Source of the DNA: a virus
DNA: 64,000 nucleotides
Virus record (IMG/VR): IMGVR_UViG_3300031234_000818
Reading direction: 5' to 3' (one strand)
The notes under the pieces were generated by a model. It worked only from the letters and a program-made list of their open reading frames with translations. It was not told where the DNA came from and searched no databases. Below are positions 1 through 7,807 of the stretch, in pieces (position 1 is the first letter of the stretch; each line of letters starts with the position of its first letter). Position numbers and translations under genes: made by a program.

Positions 1-17
1 ACCCTGGAGGAAACAAG

Positions 18-254
18 ATGAGCAGGACGATCACCATCCAAGGCGTCACGGTCGAGACGCACCTGTGCGAGTCGTGTCGAGGCTCGGGGGCAGAGGACAC
101 CAGCCCGCGTTTCGCGGGCGACGACGACGGCTACACACCGTACGCCTCCGGCTCGTCGTGCTCGACGTGCTGCGGCACGGGTCGATACCCGGCAATACAC
201 GACCCGGACCCGACGACGAAACGCTGTAAGAAGTGCGGCAAGCACACCGGCTGA
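18..254 (+). CDS. Small Zn-finger protein (DnaJ-type CxxCxGxG repeats)
   Basis: CESCRGSG, CSTCCGTG and CKKCG motifs in a 78-aa ORF. Confidence 0.6.
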   Translation: MSRTITIQGVTVETHLCESCRGSGAEDTSPRFAGDDDGYTPYASGSSCSTCCGTGRYPAIHDPDPTTKRCKKCGKHTG

Positions 255-278
255 CATGCGCGCGACTCTGGAGGAACG

Positions 279-434
279 ATGAGTTGCAACTGCGAAGAGC
301 TGTGCCCGAGAGGTGGCCTGGGTAAGTGCGATGCTCACTACTGCGCGTGGTGCTGCGGCTGCGCGCTCTGTCGAGCTGTCGATCTGGCTTGGCAGAAGGA
401 CCATGCACCGACGAAAGCTGAAGAGAACGGATGA
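279..434 (+). CDS. Cys-rich 51-aa hypothetical protein (below ORF-track cutoff)
   Basis: ggagga RBS, ATG 279, MSCNCEELCPRGGLGKCDAHYCAWCCGC..., TGA 432-434. Confidence 0.55.
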   Translation: MSCNCEELCPRGGLGKCDAHYCAWCCGCALCRAVDLAWQKDHAPTKAEENG

Positions 435-437
435 CAC

Positions 438-770
438 ATGATCGACTTCCAGCGACGTTGCCACATATTCGATGGCGCGCCACACACGACGAAGCGATGC
501 GCGCGATGTGATCATCTTGAGGAGAGGGCGATGAAGCCGATGCGGCTGAACATATCCACAATGGAGTATCGGGTGTGGGTCGCCCTTCGTGCATTCGGCA
601 TCCACGGTGCGACCGGACGACAAGTGGCAGAGTCGTTGTCACACGACATCGATTCAACTACGGTGACGGTGTACCACCTGCGAGAGAAGGGGCGCGCTCA
701 ACGAGTTGCGCGCGGCATCTATCGGGCCATCGACTTGGATGTGGGCGCTGACTCAGCAAAAGACGGTTGA
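438..770 (+). CDS. Hypothetical protein with probable C-terminal winged HTH
   Basis: ATGRQVAESLSHDIDSTTVTVYHLREKGRAQRVARGIY resembles a wHTH; N-terminal CxxC. Confidence 0.5.
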   Translation: MIDFQRRCHIFDGAPHTTKRCARCDHLEERAMKPMRLNISTMEYRVWVALRAFGIHGATGRQVAESLSHDIDSTTVTVYHLREKGRAQRVARGIYRAIDLDVGADSAKDG

Positions 771-1269
771 GCGTGCGCGCTTTGAAGGACGAGATGACTG
801 AGTGGTGGCGACGACTGCAACTGGCTGCGCGGATCTGGTGGGGCGGCCGACCGCACCGCTGCCCGGACCCTGCCCGCCGTGCGTGGAGGATTGCGGGCGA
901 GGAGCTACACCGGAAGTCGTACTACGACGCTCTCTACCGTGGGCGCTAGCCTGCGCGCTTTGGAGAACGAGACGATGCGTAAGCAGGTCAAGATACCGCG
1001 GTGCCGCAGCAAGGATGCGGTTGGCTGTCAGTGCGTGCGCCGTCAAAAACACGTAGGAGCGCATACATCCAAGCCAGGCGACAAGCGCTATGAGTGGCCG
1101 CGTGGACGTAAAAAGTAGTGCGCGCTTTGGAGGAGGAAACGATGGGCAAGGATGGCGTGGTGAACCAAGAGGAGTTCATGCGCCGATGGGCGCTGGAGTT
1201 CGCCGAGTGGAGAGCCATCGGAGATCGAGTTCAAGACGTTCGCTCAGTGTGCAACGGAAGGAGACGGTC

Positions 1270-1536
1270 ATGGCTGAGGACGTAGCGACGGAGATCATGT
1301 ACTGGCTCAGGTCGGATGGTGCGGCAGGAATGACGCGCTTCCAGATGGCCGACTACATCGACGCGCACTGGCGCTTCACGGCGGCACCCACCACCCCGGA
1401 GCCCGCGACGATCCCGGTGACGGATCTGGTCGACCCTCGCGGCGGCTTCCTGTGTGGACCCGTGGGGCACGGCATCGACAAGGACCCGATGGCGAAGGAA
1501 TGGTCGGGCAAGGTCACGAAGCCGAAGGCGACGTGA
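1270..1536 (+). CDS. Hypothetical protein
   Basis: ggaagga RBS before ATG 1270, in frame with track ORF 1090..1536. Confidence 0.55.
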   Translation: MAEDVATEIMYWLRSDGAAGMTRFQMADYIDAHWRFTAAPTTPEPATIPVTDLVDPRGGFLCGPVGHGIDKDPMAKEWSGKVTKPKAT

Positions 1537-1608
1537 GGGCAGAGTGGGATCAAAACGGTGCGTAGCGTGCGCGCCAAGCGCGACGAGGCGTGGAAGGAGT
1601 AGAGAACT

Positions 1609-1779
1609 ATGAACGAATCGAAGTTGATCTGGTCCAACGTGGAGAGCGCCGTGCGCAACGCGGACACCATCATGTCGGGTAGAGACGTCGGTCACAAGAT
1701 GACCGCTGTAGTCCGCCTCCAGTCACTTCTGGAGGACATGCAACATGCACTCGAACGTGAGGACGAAGGCGACGATTGA
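1609..1779 (+). CDS. Hypothetical 56-aa protein
   Basis: ggaaggag RBS, MNESKLIWSNVESAVRNAD..., TGA 1777-1779. Confidence 0.55.
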   Translation: MNESKLIWSNVESAVRNADTIMSGRDVGHKMTAVVRLQSLLEDMQHALEREDEGDD

Positions 1780-1830
1780 ACGGCGCCCAAGTGCGCGCTT
1801 TTGACGACAACACGCGAGAAAGGAAACGAG

Positions 1831-2124
1831 ATGGGAGCGCATCTGATCGAAGGCGAGTTCCAGAGCGACAAGTACCCGACCACGCCGCGGGGTAAGGTCC
1901 CGCTCTCCGTGAAGGACACCACGGCGCAGGATCTCCTCTGGGAGTACGCGCAGAGGCGGCGTGTGGTCGACGCGGAGTTCAGCGACGACCTGGAGGCGGC
2001 TTTGCTGCGGGCCGGGTACAGGCCGAGGTGTTCCGTGGTCCAGAGGTGTCCCGAGCCCGCACGCTGGGGCGGCCTGTGTGAAGCTCACCACGCCGAGGTC
2101 AAGGTAAGTAACGGTAGGGCGTAA
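1831..2124 (+). CDS. Hypothetical protein
   Basis: aaagga RBS, ATG 1831, C-terminal Cys/His motif. Confidence 0.6.
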   Translation: MGAHLIEGEFQSDKYPTTPRGKVPLSVKDTTAQDLLWEYAQRRRVVDAEFSDDLEAALLRAGYRPRCSVVQRCPEPARWGGLCEAHHAEVKVSNGRA

Positions 2125-2162
2125 CCTGCCGAAAGGCTGCGCGCGAATCGAAGGAGGCTGAC

Positions 2163-2450
2163 GTGAAGGTGCTGGTATGCGGCGGTCGCGACTTCAACAA
2201 CCCCGACTGGCTTAGCTGCACGCTGGGCGAGCTATCCCGTGGTGCCGGGTGGACGACCATCATCGAAGGTGGGTCGCGCGGAGCAGACCGCCAGGCGCAA
2301 GAGTGGGCCATCGCCAACGGGCTCGACGTGCAGACCTTCGACGCGGACTGGCGTCACCACGGACGCAGGGCCGGGCCGATTCGGAATCAGCGTATGCTCG
2401 ACGAGGGACAGCCTGACCTCGTGGTCGCGTGCGACCGCGTGCGCAGTTGA
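2163..2450 (+). CDS. YspA/DUF2493-like SLOG family protein, apparently C-terminally truncated
   Basis: KVLVCGGRDF, IIEGGSRGAD, ADW..HGRRAGPIRNQRML, PDLVVA; lacks the usual FPGG.GT tail. Confidence 0.75.
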   Translation: MKVLVCGGRDFNNPDWLSCTLGELSRGAGWTTIIEGGSRGADRQAQEWAIANGLDVQTFDADWRHHGRRAGPIRNQRMLDEGQPDLVVACDRVRS

Positions 2451-2496
2451 ACAAGGAAAGGCGCGGACTGTAGTGCGCGCTTAGGAGGACGAGACG

Positions 2497-2700
2497 ATGG
2501 CGGAGCAAGAGAAGTGGCGGAGTCCGGCTACGATCCCCAACACGGAGGGGACCTGGATCGTGTGTCTGCTCAAGAGCGGCCACTTGCGTCTCGATACGGT
2601 CGTGAAGGTGGACGGCCTGCACTCGCTCGCCGCGACCCCGATCACGGAGGTGGAAGGATGGCGACCCCACACTTTGGGGGCATTCACGCCGCGCTCGTAG
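2497..2700 (+). CDS. Hypothetical protein
   Basis: Follows a junction repeat with ggagga RBS. Confidence 0.6.
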   Translation: MAEQEKWRSPATIPNTEGTWIVCLLKSGHLRLDTVVKVDGLHSLAATPITEVEGWRPHTLGAFTPRS

Positions 2701-2950
2701 TGCGCGCGAGAGGAGAGTAGACGCGGTGAAGAGGCTCGTGTGTTGGTTGATGGGTCACAGATTCGTACGGTTCGACACATGGGACTCAAACTACCGTTGT
2801 CGGCGATGCGGCAGGTGTAGAGGACGATGAGCTGCGCGCTTTGGAGGACGAGACAATGGCGATGAAGTGGATCGTGATTGCGGCGATGACGTTCGCGCCC
2901 CGCCCTTGACAAGCGCTCGACGGGGACTGAACGTGCGCGCGCCGGAGGCT

Positions 2951-3178
2951 CTATAGGCCATCCACCTTCCACGACCAGTTCGTCATGAACTCGTGCGCCC
3001 AGCCCTGGACGACGCGACCACCGGCCTTGCGGACCCACCCGTCCGTCGTGGCGACGAGGTCGACCTGCTCGTCGCCATCGCCGTGCGTGAACGGGTGCAT
3101 GTATCCGCACGCCTGATAGGCGTTGAGGCTCGCCACCTGGTCGGTGGTCCACGGGGCGTCGGTTCGCGGGAGCGTCAC
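2951..3178 (-). CDS. Hypothetical protein
   Basis: 75-aa ORF with phage-like composition. Confidence 0.5.
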   Translation of the reverse strand: MTLPRTDAPWTTDQVASLNAYQACGYMHPFTHGDGDEQVDLVATTDGWVRKAGGRVVQGWAHEFMTNWSWKVDGL

Positions 3179-3370
3179 GGTGTCGAGTGTCGCGCGAACG
3201 TGAAGCTGACGTGCGCAGGTGACGTTTGCCGTCCGGTCATCGGCGGAGATTCCAGCACGATCCCAGGACCATGGCGAGCATGATGGCCGCGGGGATGTTC
3301 AGGGGAAGGCCCGAAGGCCGTCTGGATGTCACCGAGGGCTTTTGTGCGCCGGCCGCCGTCCGCAAGCATG

Positions 3371-3401
3371 AGTCTACCAATGTATGACAGGCTGTCAAAC
3401 A
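3371..3401 (-). promoter_or_regulatory. Sigma70-like promoter overlapped by a TGAC-N5-GTCA palindrome (copy 1)
   Basis: Minus strand tgtTTGACAgcctgtcatacattggTAGACT; near-identical motif at 47247. Confidence 0.6.
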
Positions 3402-3428
3402 CGCCGATGGCGTGGTAGTTTGGCCATC

Positions 3429-3536
3429 ATGTACCGTGGTCCTGGTCCGCGTGACAACTGGCTGTGGCTTGGGTTGGGCGTGCTCGTGGTGGTCCTGTGG
3501 ATCGTGGGTGTCTGCTTGTGGCAACCTCCTCGCTAG
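3429..3536 (+). CDS. 35-aa single-pass membrane peptide
   Basis: MYRGPGPRDNWLWLGLGVLVVVLWIVGVCLWQPPR; stop 3 nt before the GNAT start. Confidence 0.45.
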   Translation: MYRGPGPRDNWLWLGLGVLVVVLWIVGVCLWQPPR

Positions 3537-3539
3537 GCG

Positions 3540-4049
3540 ATGGAGTTCACGTTCACCAGCGACGTGGCGGCATCTCGCGCCGACGAGATCGTCGACTACT
3601 TGCGAGGCCCGCGCCTCTGGGTCCCGTCGATCGACTACCCGGACTTCGAACGCTGGGCGACCAAGGTCCACCAGCAGCTGAAGAGCGAGTGCAAGCGTGC
3701 GCTCGTCGCGCTCTCGTACGGCGGCGTGGTGGGCGCCGTCATCTACCAGCGGCACGAGGTCGAAGCGGACGCTCTGGAGATCCGGAACATCACGGTGCGT
3801 CCTGACGTGCGCGGTCGCTACGTGGCGCGCTTCCTTCTCCGGAACGCGGAGATCGAGGGGGCGCACGACTTCGGAGCGCGCGTGGTCTTCTGCGACGCGA
3901 AGGTCAAGAACGTGGCGATCCGATCTCACCTCCTGCAGAGCGGGTACCGCGTGCGGCGCGTGGAGGATCTCTACGGCTTGGGAGCTGGAGAGGACGTCGT
4001 CTACGCGAAGCGCCTGGGGCCATCGAGGCCGCTTCTCGGAGTGAGGTGA
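3540..4049 (+). CDS. GNAT family N-acetyltransferase
   Basis: EIRNITVRPDVRGRYVARFLL (motif A) and NVAIRSHLLQSGY (motif B). Confidence 0.85.
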   Translation: MEFTFTSDVAASRADEIVDYLRGPRLWVPSIDYPDFERWATKVHQQLKSECKRALVALSYGGVVGAVIYQRHEVEADALEIRNITVRPDVRGRYVARFLLRNAEIEGAHDFGARVVFCDAKVKNVAIRSHLLQSGYRVRRVEDLYGLGAGEDVVYAKRLGPSRPLLGVR

Positions 4050-4234
4050 CGTCCGTGGCCTCGACGCCCTATCGCGCGGTGGGCCGGCCGCCGGACATCG
4101 AGGAGGACGTGCAGGAGAACCACGTCACCAACGCAGCGGACTCGATCCAGGGCCCACGCGATCAACCGAGCCCGTGGTGGTCGACCAAGGAATGGCGAGG
4201 ATCGCATGTGCGATTGACGTTCAGGCGCCCCGCG

Positions 4235-4274
4235 AAAAAAAGAAGTTGCACGACTTCCGGAGCGCTGCTACCGT
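4235..4274 (+). promoter_or_regulatory. Sigma70-like promoter with A-tract, upstream of the tRNA array
   Basis: A-tract at 4235; TTGCAC(4246)-N17-TACCGT(4269). Confidence 0.6.
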
Positions 4275-4280
4275 CGTCAT

Positions 4281-4643
4281 GTGATGAAACGCTGGCCCTT
4301 CGCACCAAGAACACTCTCGCTTCGCGGTGAAACCGCGATGGCGGCGACGTGCGTCTGTGGCGCGGATGCGGCGTTTGGACGCGATCACCAGCAGCCTAGG
4401 ATTTCAAGCGCCTCGCCCTCGCTGAAGTCCAATCCGGTGGAGACGGGTACGTAGGGGCGGTCCGAAGACTTGACGCAAGAGCGTCGTCAGAAGGCCGCCC
4501 CGGAGAAGACCCGGTGGCGGCTTTCGGCATTTCAGGGTCCGAGAGTCAGGCAAGCAAGCAATCCAGCAGTGAGGCCGTCATGTACACGATCCGAAAACCG
4601 AAGAGCGCGCGCGGGGCGAGCCGCGCGAGAGGAGCATCGAGGA
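4281..4643 (+). ncRNA. Candidate structured non-coding RNA or long leader of the tRNA operon
   Basis: No credible ORF; several hairpins, e.g. tcgcgg/ccgcga, ggggcggtc/ggccgcccc, cgcgcgg/ccgcgcg. Confidence 0.35.
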
Positions 4644-4717
4644 GGGCTCTTAGCTCAGTCAGGTAGAGCTGCCGCCTTTTAAGCGGTCGGTCGCGGGTTC
4701 GAATCCCGCCGGGCCCA
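4644..4717 (+). tRNA. trnK: tRNA-Lys(UUU)
   Basis: Cloverleaf; gccgc-ctTTTaa-gcggt. Confidence 0.93.
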
Positions 4718-4754
4718 CTCGGATCGCCGGTCGTCACCGGGGATCCGTGAAGAA

Positions 4755-4828
4755 GGGCCCGTAGCTCAAATTGGTAGAGCACCCGACTCTTAATCGGGTG
4801 GTTGGGGGTTCGATGCCCCCCGGTCCCA
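4755..4828 (+). tRNA. trnK: tRNA-Lys(CUU)
   Basis: cccga-ctCTTaa-tcggg. Confidence 0.93.
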
Positions 4829-4852
4829 CGACCAACATGTAGTTTCCAAGAT

Positions 4853-4923
4853 TCCGGGTTCGTCTAACGGCAGGACGCGAGTTTCTGGCGCTCGCTATCG
4901 GGGTTCGAATCCCTGACCCGGAG
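4853..4923 (+). tRNA. trnQ: tRNA-Gln(CUG)
   Basis: U1-A72; cgagt-ttCTGgc-gctcg. Confidence 0.88.
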
Positions 4924-4996
4924 CTACACAGCCGAGGTGTGCCTTGCGCACGTCCGAGGCCCCGCTCATTGACAACCGAGGTTACGAAGTGTCGGC

Positions 4997-5031
4997 GCGC
5001 ACGAGGGAGCCTGGACCGCTCCCTCGTGCGC
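4997..5031 (+). terminator. Perfect 14-bp hairpin in a tRNA spacer (terminator or processing stem)
   Basis: gcgcacgagggagc-ctggacc-gctccctcgtgcgc; weak U-tail. Confidence 0.45.
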
Positions 5032-5038
5032 ACCGTTT

Positions 5039-5110
5039 GGTGCTTTAGCTCAGTGGTAGAGCAGCTGCCTGTTAGTCAGCCGCGCGCAGGTTCGAACCCT
5101 GCAGGCACCG
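5039..5110 (+). tRNA. trnN: tRNA-Asn(GUU)
   Basis: gctgc-ctGTTag-tcagc. Confidence 0.9.
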
Positions 5111-5153
5111 CATAGCGAGCTAAGCTAACGCATGAGCATCACGGGGGCTGGCG

Positions 5154-5633
5154 ATGGTGCAGAAGAAGCTTTTCTGCAGGATCACTGGCGCAACGCGGCT
5201 GGTGCGTGGCGCGCGCGCTGACGCTCTCCTCGCCGGATGGCGATTCGAGATCAAGAAGGCCAGCCACGAGACGGTGAGCCAAGTGCGACCCGTGCGCTTC
5301 CTGACCATCGTGGTCTGGGAGCGGCCTCGCTGGTACGTGATCCCGGCGGAGCGGACAATCGCGTACGCCGCCAGACGTGATCGGGGCCAGCACACGGAGA
5401 ACCCGCTCGACTGCGTGGTCCTAGCGTTGAATAGCTTTGCGGATTGCGTTGTCGACGACACGGGGCTTGGTGTGCGGTCTGTCGCGGTGGCATCTGCCTC
5501 CGATACGCTGACGAGGCTCAAGCTGGCGATGCAGGAGTCGATGCACGAATCGAAAGCGCTAGCATCCGCGCAGCGGCGACGAGCAATCGAGATTCTCGAA
5601 GCGGAGGCTCCGCAAGCGCGCCTCTTCAAGTAA
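5154..5633 (+). CDS. Possible PD-(D/E)XK-fold nuclease; N-terminus may be frameshifted from 5132
   Basis: ADALLAGWRFEIKK fits D-x7-E-x-K; ends 2 nt before tRNA-Thr. Confidence 0.45.
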   Translation: MVQKKLFCRITGATRLVRGARADALLAGWRFEIKKASHETVSQVRPVRFLTIVVWERPRWYVIPAERTIAYAARRDRGQHTENPLDCVVLALNSFADCVVDDTGLGVRSVAVASASDTLTRLKLAMQESMHESKALASAQRRRAIEILEAEAPQARLFK

Positions 5634-5635
5634 CT

Positions 5636-5707
5636 GCCCGGGTAGCTCAGTGGGAGAGCACCGCTTTCGTAAGGCGGGGGTCGCGGGTTCAATCCTCGCA
5701 CCGGGCT
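5636..5707 (+). tRNA. trnT: tRNA-Thr(CGU)
   Basis: ccgct-ttCGTaa-ggcgg. Confidence 0.92.
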
Positions 5708-5716
5708 CCGCATCAT

Positions 5717-5792
5717 GTCCCGTTCGTCTAGTGGCCCAGGACAGCCGGCCCTCGCCCGGCCAACACGCGTTCGAGTCGCGTACGGGACGCCA
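5717..5792 (+). tRNA. trnE: tRNA-Glu(CUC), CCA encoded
   Basis: gccgg-ccCTCgc-ccggc (C33). Confidence 0.9.
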
Positions 5793-5793
5793 C

Positions 5794-5867
5794 GCGCCCA
5801 TCGTCTAGTGGCAGGACCGCCGCTTTTCACGTGGTCAACGCGGGTTCAAATCCCGCTGGGCGCGCCA
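5794..5867 (+). tRNA. trnE: tRNA-Glu(UUC), CCA encoded
   Basis: gccgc-ttTTCac-gtggt. Confidence 0.9.
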
Positions 5868-5877
5868 TGATCGATCT

Positions 5878-5951
5878 GGTCGGGTAGCTCAGTCCGGTAG
5901 AGCGGCTGGTTGAAAACTAGCGCGTCGCAGGTTCAAATCCTGCTCCGACCA
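5878..5951 (+). tRNA. trnF: tRNA-Phe(GAA)
   Basis: gctgg-ttGAAaa-ctagc. Confidence 0.93.
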
Positions 5952-5973
5952 CGAAGTCACGGAGGTGTTGTTT

Positions 5974-6047
5974 CGGGGTGTAGCTCAGTCTGGTAGAGCA
6001 CTCGGCTGGGGGTCGAGTGGTCGCAGGTTCGAATCCTGTCGCCCCGA
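5974..6047 (+). tRNA. trnP: tRNA-Pro(GGG)
   Basis: ctcgg-ctGGGgg-tcgag. Confidence 0.93.
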
Positions 6048-6060
6048 CGGATGGACGTAC

Positions 6061-6145
6061 GGAAGAGTGGCTGAGTGGCCGAAGGCGTCGGTTTCGAAAA
6101 CCGGAGCACCGCAAGGTGTCGTGCGTTCGAATCGCACCTCTTCCT
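6061..6145 (+). tRNA. trnS: tRNA-Ser(CGA)
   Basis: tcggt-ttCGAaa-accgg; long variable arm. Confidence 0.93.
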
Positions 6146-6152
6146 CTGCAAC

Positions 6153-6237
6153 GGAGAGATGGCTGAGTGGACGAAGGCGCACGTTTGGAGAACGTGAGCA
6201 CCGCAAGGTGTCGTGAGTTCGAATCTCACTCTTTCCG
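6153..6237 (+). tRNA. trnS: tRNA-Ser(GGA)
   Basis: cacgt-ttGGAga-acgtg; variable arm identical to Ser(CGA). Confidence 0.93.
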
Positions 6238-6247
6238 CGAAGTGTCC

Positions 6248-6334
6248 GGAGTGGTGGCTGAGCGGTCGAAGGCTCTTGTTTTGAAAACAGGCGTGGGTGC
6301 AAGCCCACCGGTGGTTCGAATCCATCCCACTCCG
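6248..6334 (+). tRNA. trnS: tRNA-Ser(UGA)
   Basis: cttgt-ttTGAaa-acagg; long variable arm. Confidence 0.93.
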
Positions 6335-6357
6335 CGAAGGACAACGATGAAACACAT

Positions 6358-6442
6358 GGAGAGGTGGCCGAGTGGCTGAAGGCGCGCGCTTGCTAAGCGC
6401 GTGGCGGTAACACGCTCGTGAGTTCGAATCTCACCCTCTCCG
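6358..6442 (+). tRNA. trnS: tRNA-Ser(GCU)
   Basis: cgcgc-ttGCTaa-gcgcg. Confidence 0.93.
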
Positions 6443-6463
6443 CTGCGTGGAAAGGAGGTCGAC

Positions 6464-6691
6464 ATGAAGAAGGAGAAGGTCTGGCGCGTGCTCTACACGT
6501 CGATCGCCAGGGTGCACGCTCGGTCAGCGGCGGAAGCCATCGACCGGACCCACCGGGCGGCTGGCGCGGCCTTGAAGAGGGCGCACGCGGTCACGCCGTC
6601 GCTCGCAGCGCACGTGGACATCGAGAACATCGACATGGTCTCCGCGGAGTTCTGCGGGACCGAAGAGATCCCAACAGCCATCGCGGCGTGA
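6464..6691 (+). CDS. Hypothetical protein within the tRNA array
   Basis: aggagg RBS; 75 aa. Confidence 0.65.
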   Translation: MKKEKVWRVLYTSIARVHARSAAEAIDRTHRAAGAALKRAHAVTPSLAAHVDIENIDMVSAEFCGTEEIPTAIAA

Positions 6692-6739
6692 GCCGCCAAG
6701 AAAGGAGCAAGGAGATGGATCCGCCAGACGACGAGTACT

Positions 6740-6811
6740 GGCCCTATAGTCGAGTGGCTAAGACGCCTGCCTGTCACGTAGGTAGCACGGGTTCGATTCC
6801 CGTTGGGGCCG
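6740..6811 (+). tRNA. trnD: tRNA-Asp(GUC)
   Basis: cctgc-ctGTCac-gtagg. Confidence 0.93.
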
Positions 6812-6822
6812 CTGTGTCACGA

Positions 6823-6897
6823 GGGAGTATCGGTTCAACTGGATAAGCCTCCTGATTCCAAATCAGGCAACTGCAGGTTCGAGTCCTGCTGCTCCCG
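6823..6897 (+). tRNA. trnW: tRNA-Trp(CCA)
   Basis: cctga-ttCCAaa-tcagg. Confidence 0.88.
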
Positions 6898-6917
6898 CGA
6901 ATGTGACGTGTGTTTCT

Positions 6918-6990
6918 GGGGCTGTAGCTCAGTTGGGAGAGCGTCTGCGTGGCACGCAGAAGGTCCGCGGTTCGATCCCGCGCAGCTCCA
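6918..6990 (+). tRNA. trnA: tRNA-Ala(GGC)
   Basis: G3-U70; tctgc-gtGGCac-gcaga. Confidence 0.93.
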
Positions 6991-7080
6991 CGATGGCTCA
7001 CTTCCGGGGCTGGACCCATCTCTCGGTACCTCGTCCAGGGGGCCAGGAGATCGGCCCGGCGGTGAGCCCACGATGTTCAC

Positions 7081-7153
7081 GGGGACGTAGCTCAGCTGGG
7101 AGAGCGCGCCGTTCGCAATGGCGAGGTCGGGAGTTCGATCCTCCCCGTCTCCA
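7081..7153 (+). tRNA. trnA: tRNA-Ala(CGC)
   Basis: cgccg-ttCGCaa-tggcg. Confidence 0.93.
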
Positions 7154-7176
7154 CCGTGCACGTGTCGGTTGTGTCT

Positions 7177-7249
7177 GGGGCTGTAGCTCAGTTGGGAGAG
7201 CACTGGCTTTGCAAGCCGGGGGTCGCAAGTTCGAACCTTGTCAGCTCCA
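7177..7249 (+). tRNA. trnA: tRNA-Ala(UGC)
   Basis: ctggc-ttTGCaa-gccgg. Confidence 0.93.
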
Positions 7250-7262
7250 CGAAGTGTGTGTC

Positions 7263-7335
7263 GCCGGTGTAGCTCAGTCGGTAGAGCGCTTCCTTGGTAA
7301 GGAAGAGGTCACGCGTTCGATCCGCGTCGCTGGCT
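7263..7335 (+). tRNA. trnT: tRNA-Thr(GGU)
   Basis: cttcc-ttGGTaa-ggaag. Confidence 0.93.
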
Positions 7336-7354
7336 CCGTGTTCGTTGTCGTTCT

Positions 7355-7426
7355 GCTGGCGTAGCTCAATGGTAGAGCACCTGTTTTGTAAACAGGCGGT
7401 TGGGGGTTCAACTCCCTTCGTCAGCT
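7355..7426 (+). tRNA. trnT: tRNA-Thr(UGU)
   Basis: cctgt-ttTGTaa-acagg. Confidence 0.93.
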
Positions 7427-7492
7427 CCACCGGGTCCGGGGGTGGTGGACGCGTGCTCACGCGCGCGAGCCTCCACTGCGGGTCCGGGACGT

Positions 7493-7565
7493 GCGGGTGT
7501 AGCTCAGTTGGTAGAGCGTCTGCCTTCCAAGCAGACTGTCGTCGGTTCGAGCCCGTCCATCCGCT
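7493..7565 (+). tRNA. trnG: tRNA-Gly(UCC)
   Basis: tctgc-ctTCCaa-gcaga. Confidence 0.93.
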
Positions 7566-7674
7566 CCTCGTTGCAAAGTGCTCCCAACGGCCGGTCGCCG
7601 CTGCAGCGGTCCGGGAATTCGAGGAAGGTCCAGGCCGACCTCGGGAGACCGTGATGGTCTGGGTACGTCGTCTC

Positions 7675-7748
7675 GCGGATGTAGCTCAGTTGGTAGAGCG
7701 CCTGCTTGCCAAGTAGGAGGTTCGCCGGTTCAAATCCGGTCATCCGCT
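7675..7748 (+). tRNA. trnG: tRNA-Gly(GCC)
   Basis: cctgc-ttGCCaa-gtagg. Confidence 0.93.
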
Positions 7749-7807
7749 CCGGGTGAAGCGCGTGGATGCGGCCTGGCCCGCCCTCCACGCGCGGATCCTG
7801 CAAACGT

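Larger units (their letters stand above)
257..2858 (+). repeat. Dispersed ~25-nt gene-junction repeat, consensus (stop)-TGCGCGCTTTGGAGGACGAGACGATG
   Basis: Copies at about 257, 773, 951, 1118, 1792, 2473, 2700 and 2833, nearly all between a stop codon and the next start codon. Confidence 0.8.

Noticed and set aside
771-2860. Gene-junction motif as a derivative of the CRISPR repeat (shared GTGCGCG)
   Set aside because: Only a 7-nt GC-rich overlap, with no hairpin partner or GGATG; not supportable.
4281-4643. tmRNA, RNase P or group II intron
   Set aside because: Only scattered short resemblances (gaagtcc, acgcaag, gagccg); no tmRNA T-arm/CCA end, no RNase P CR-I/CR-V pair, no well-paired domain V.
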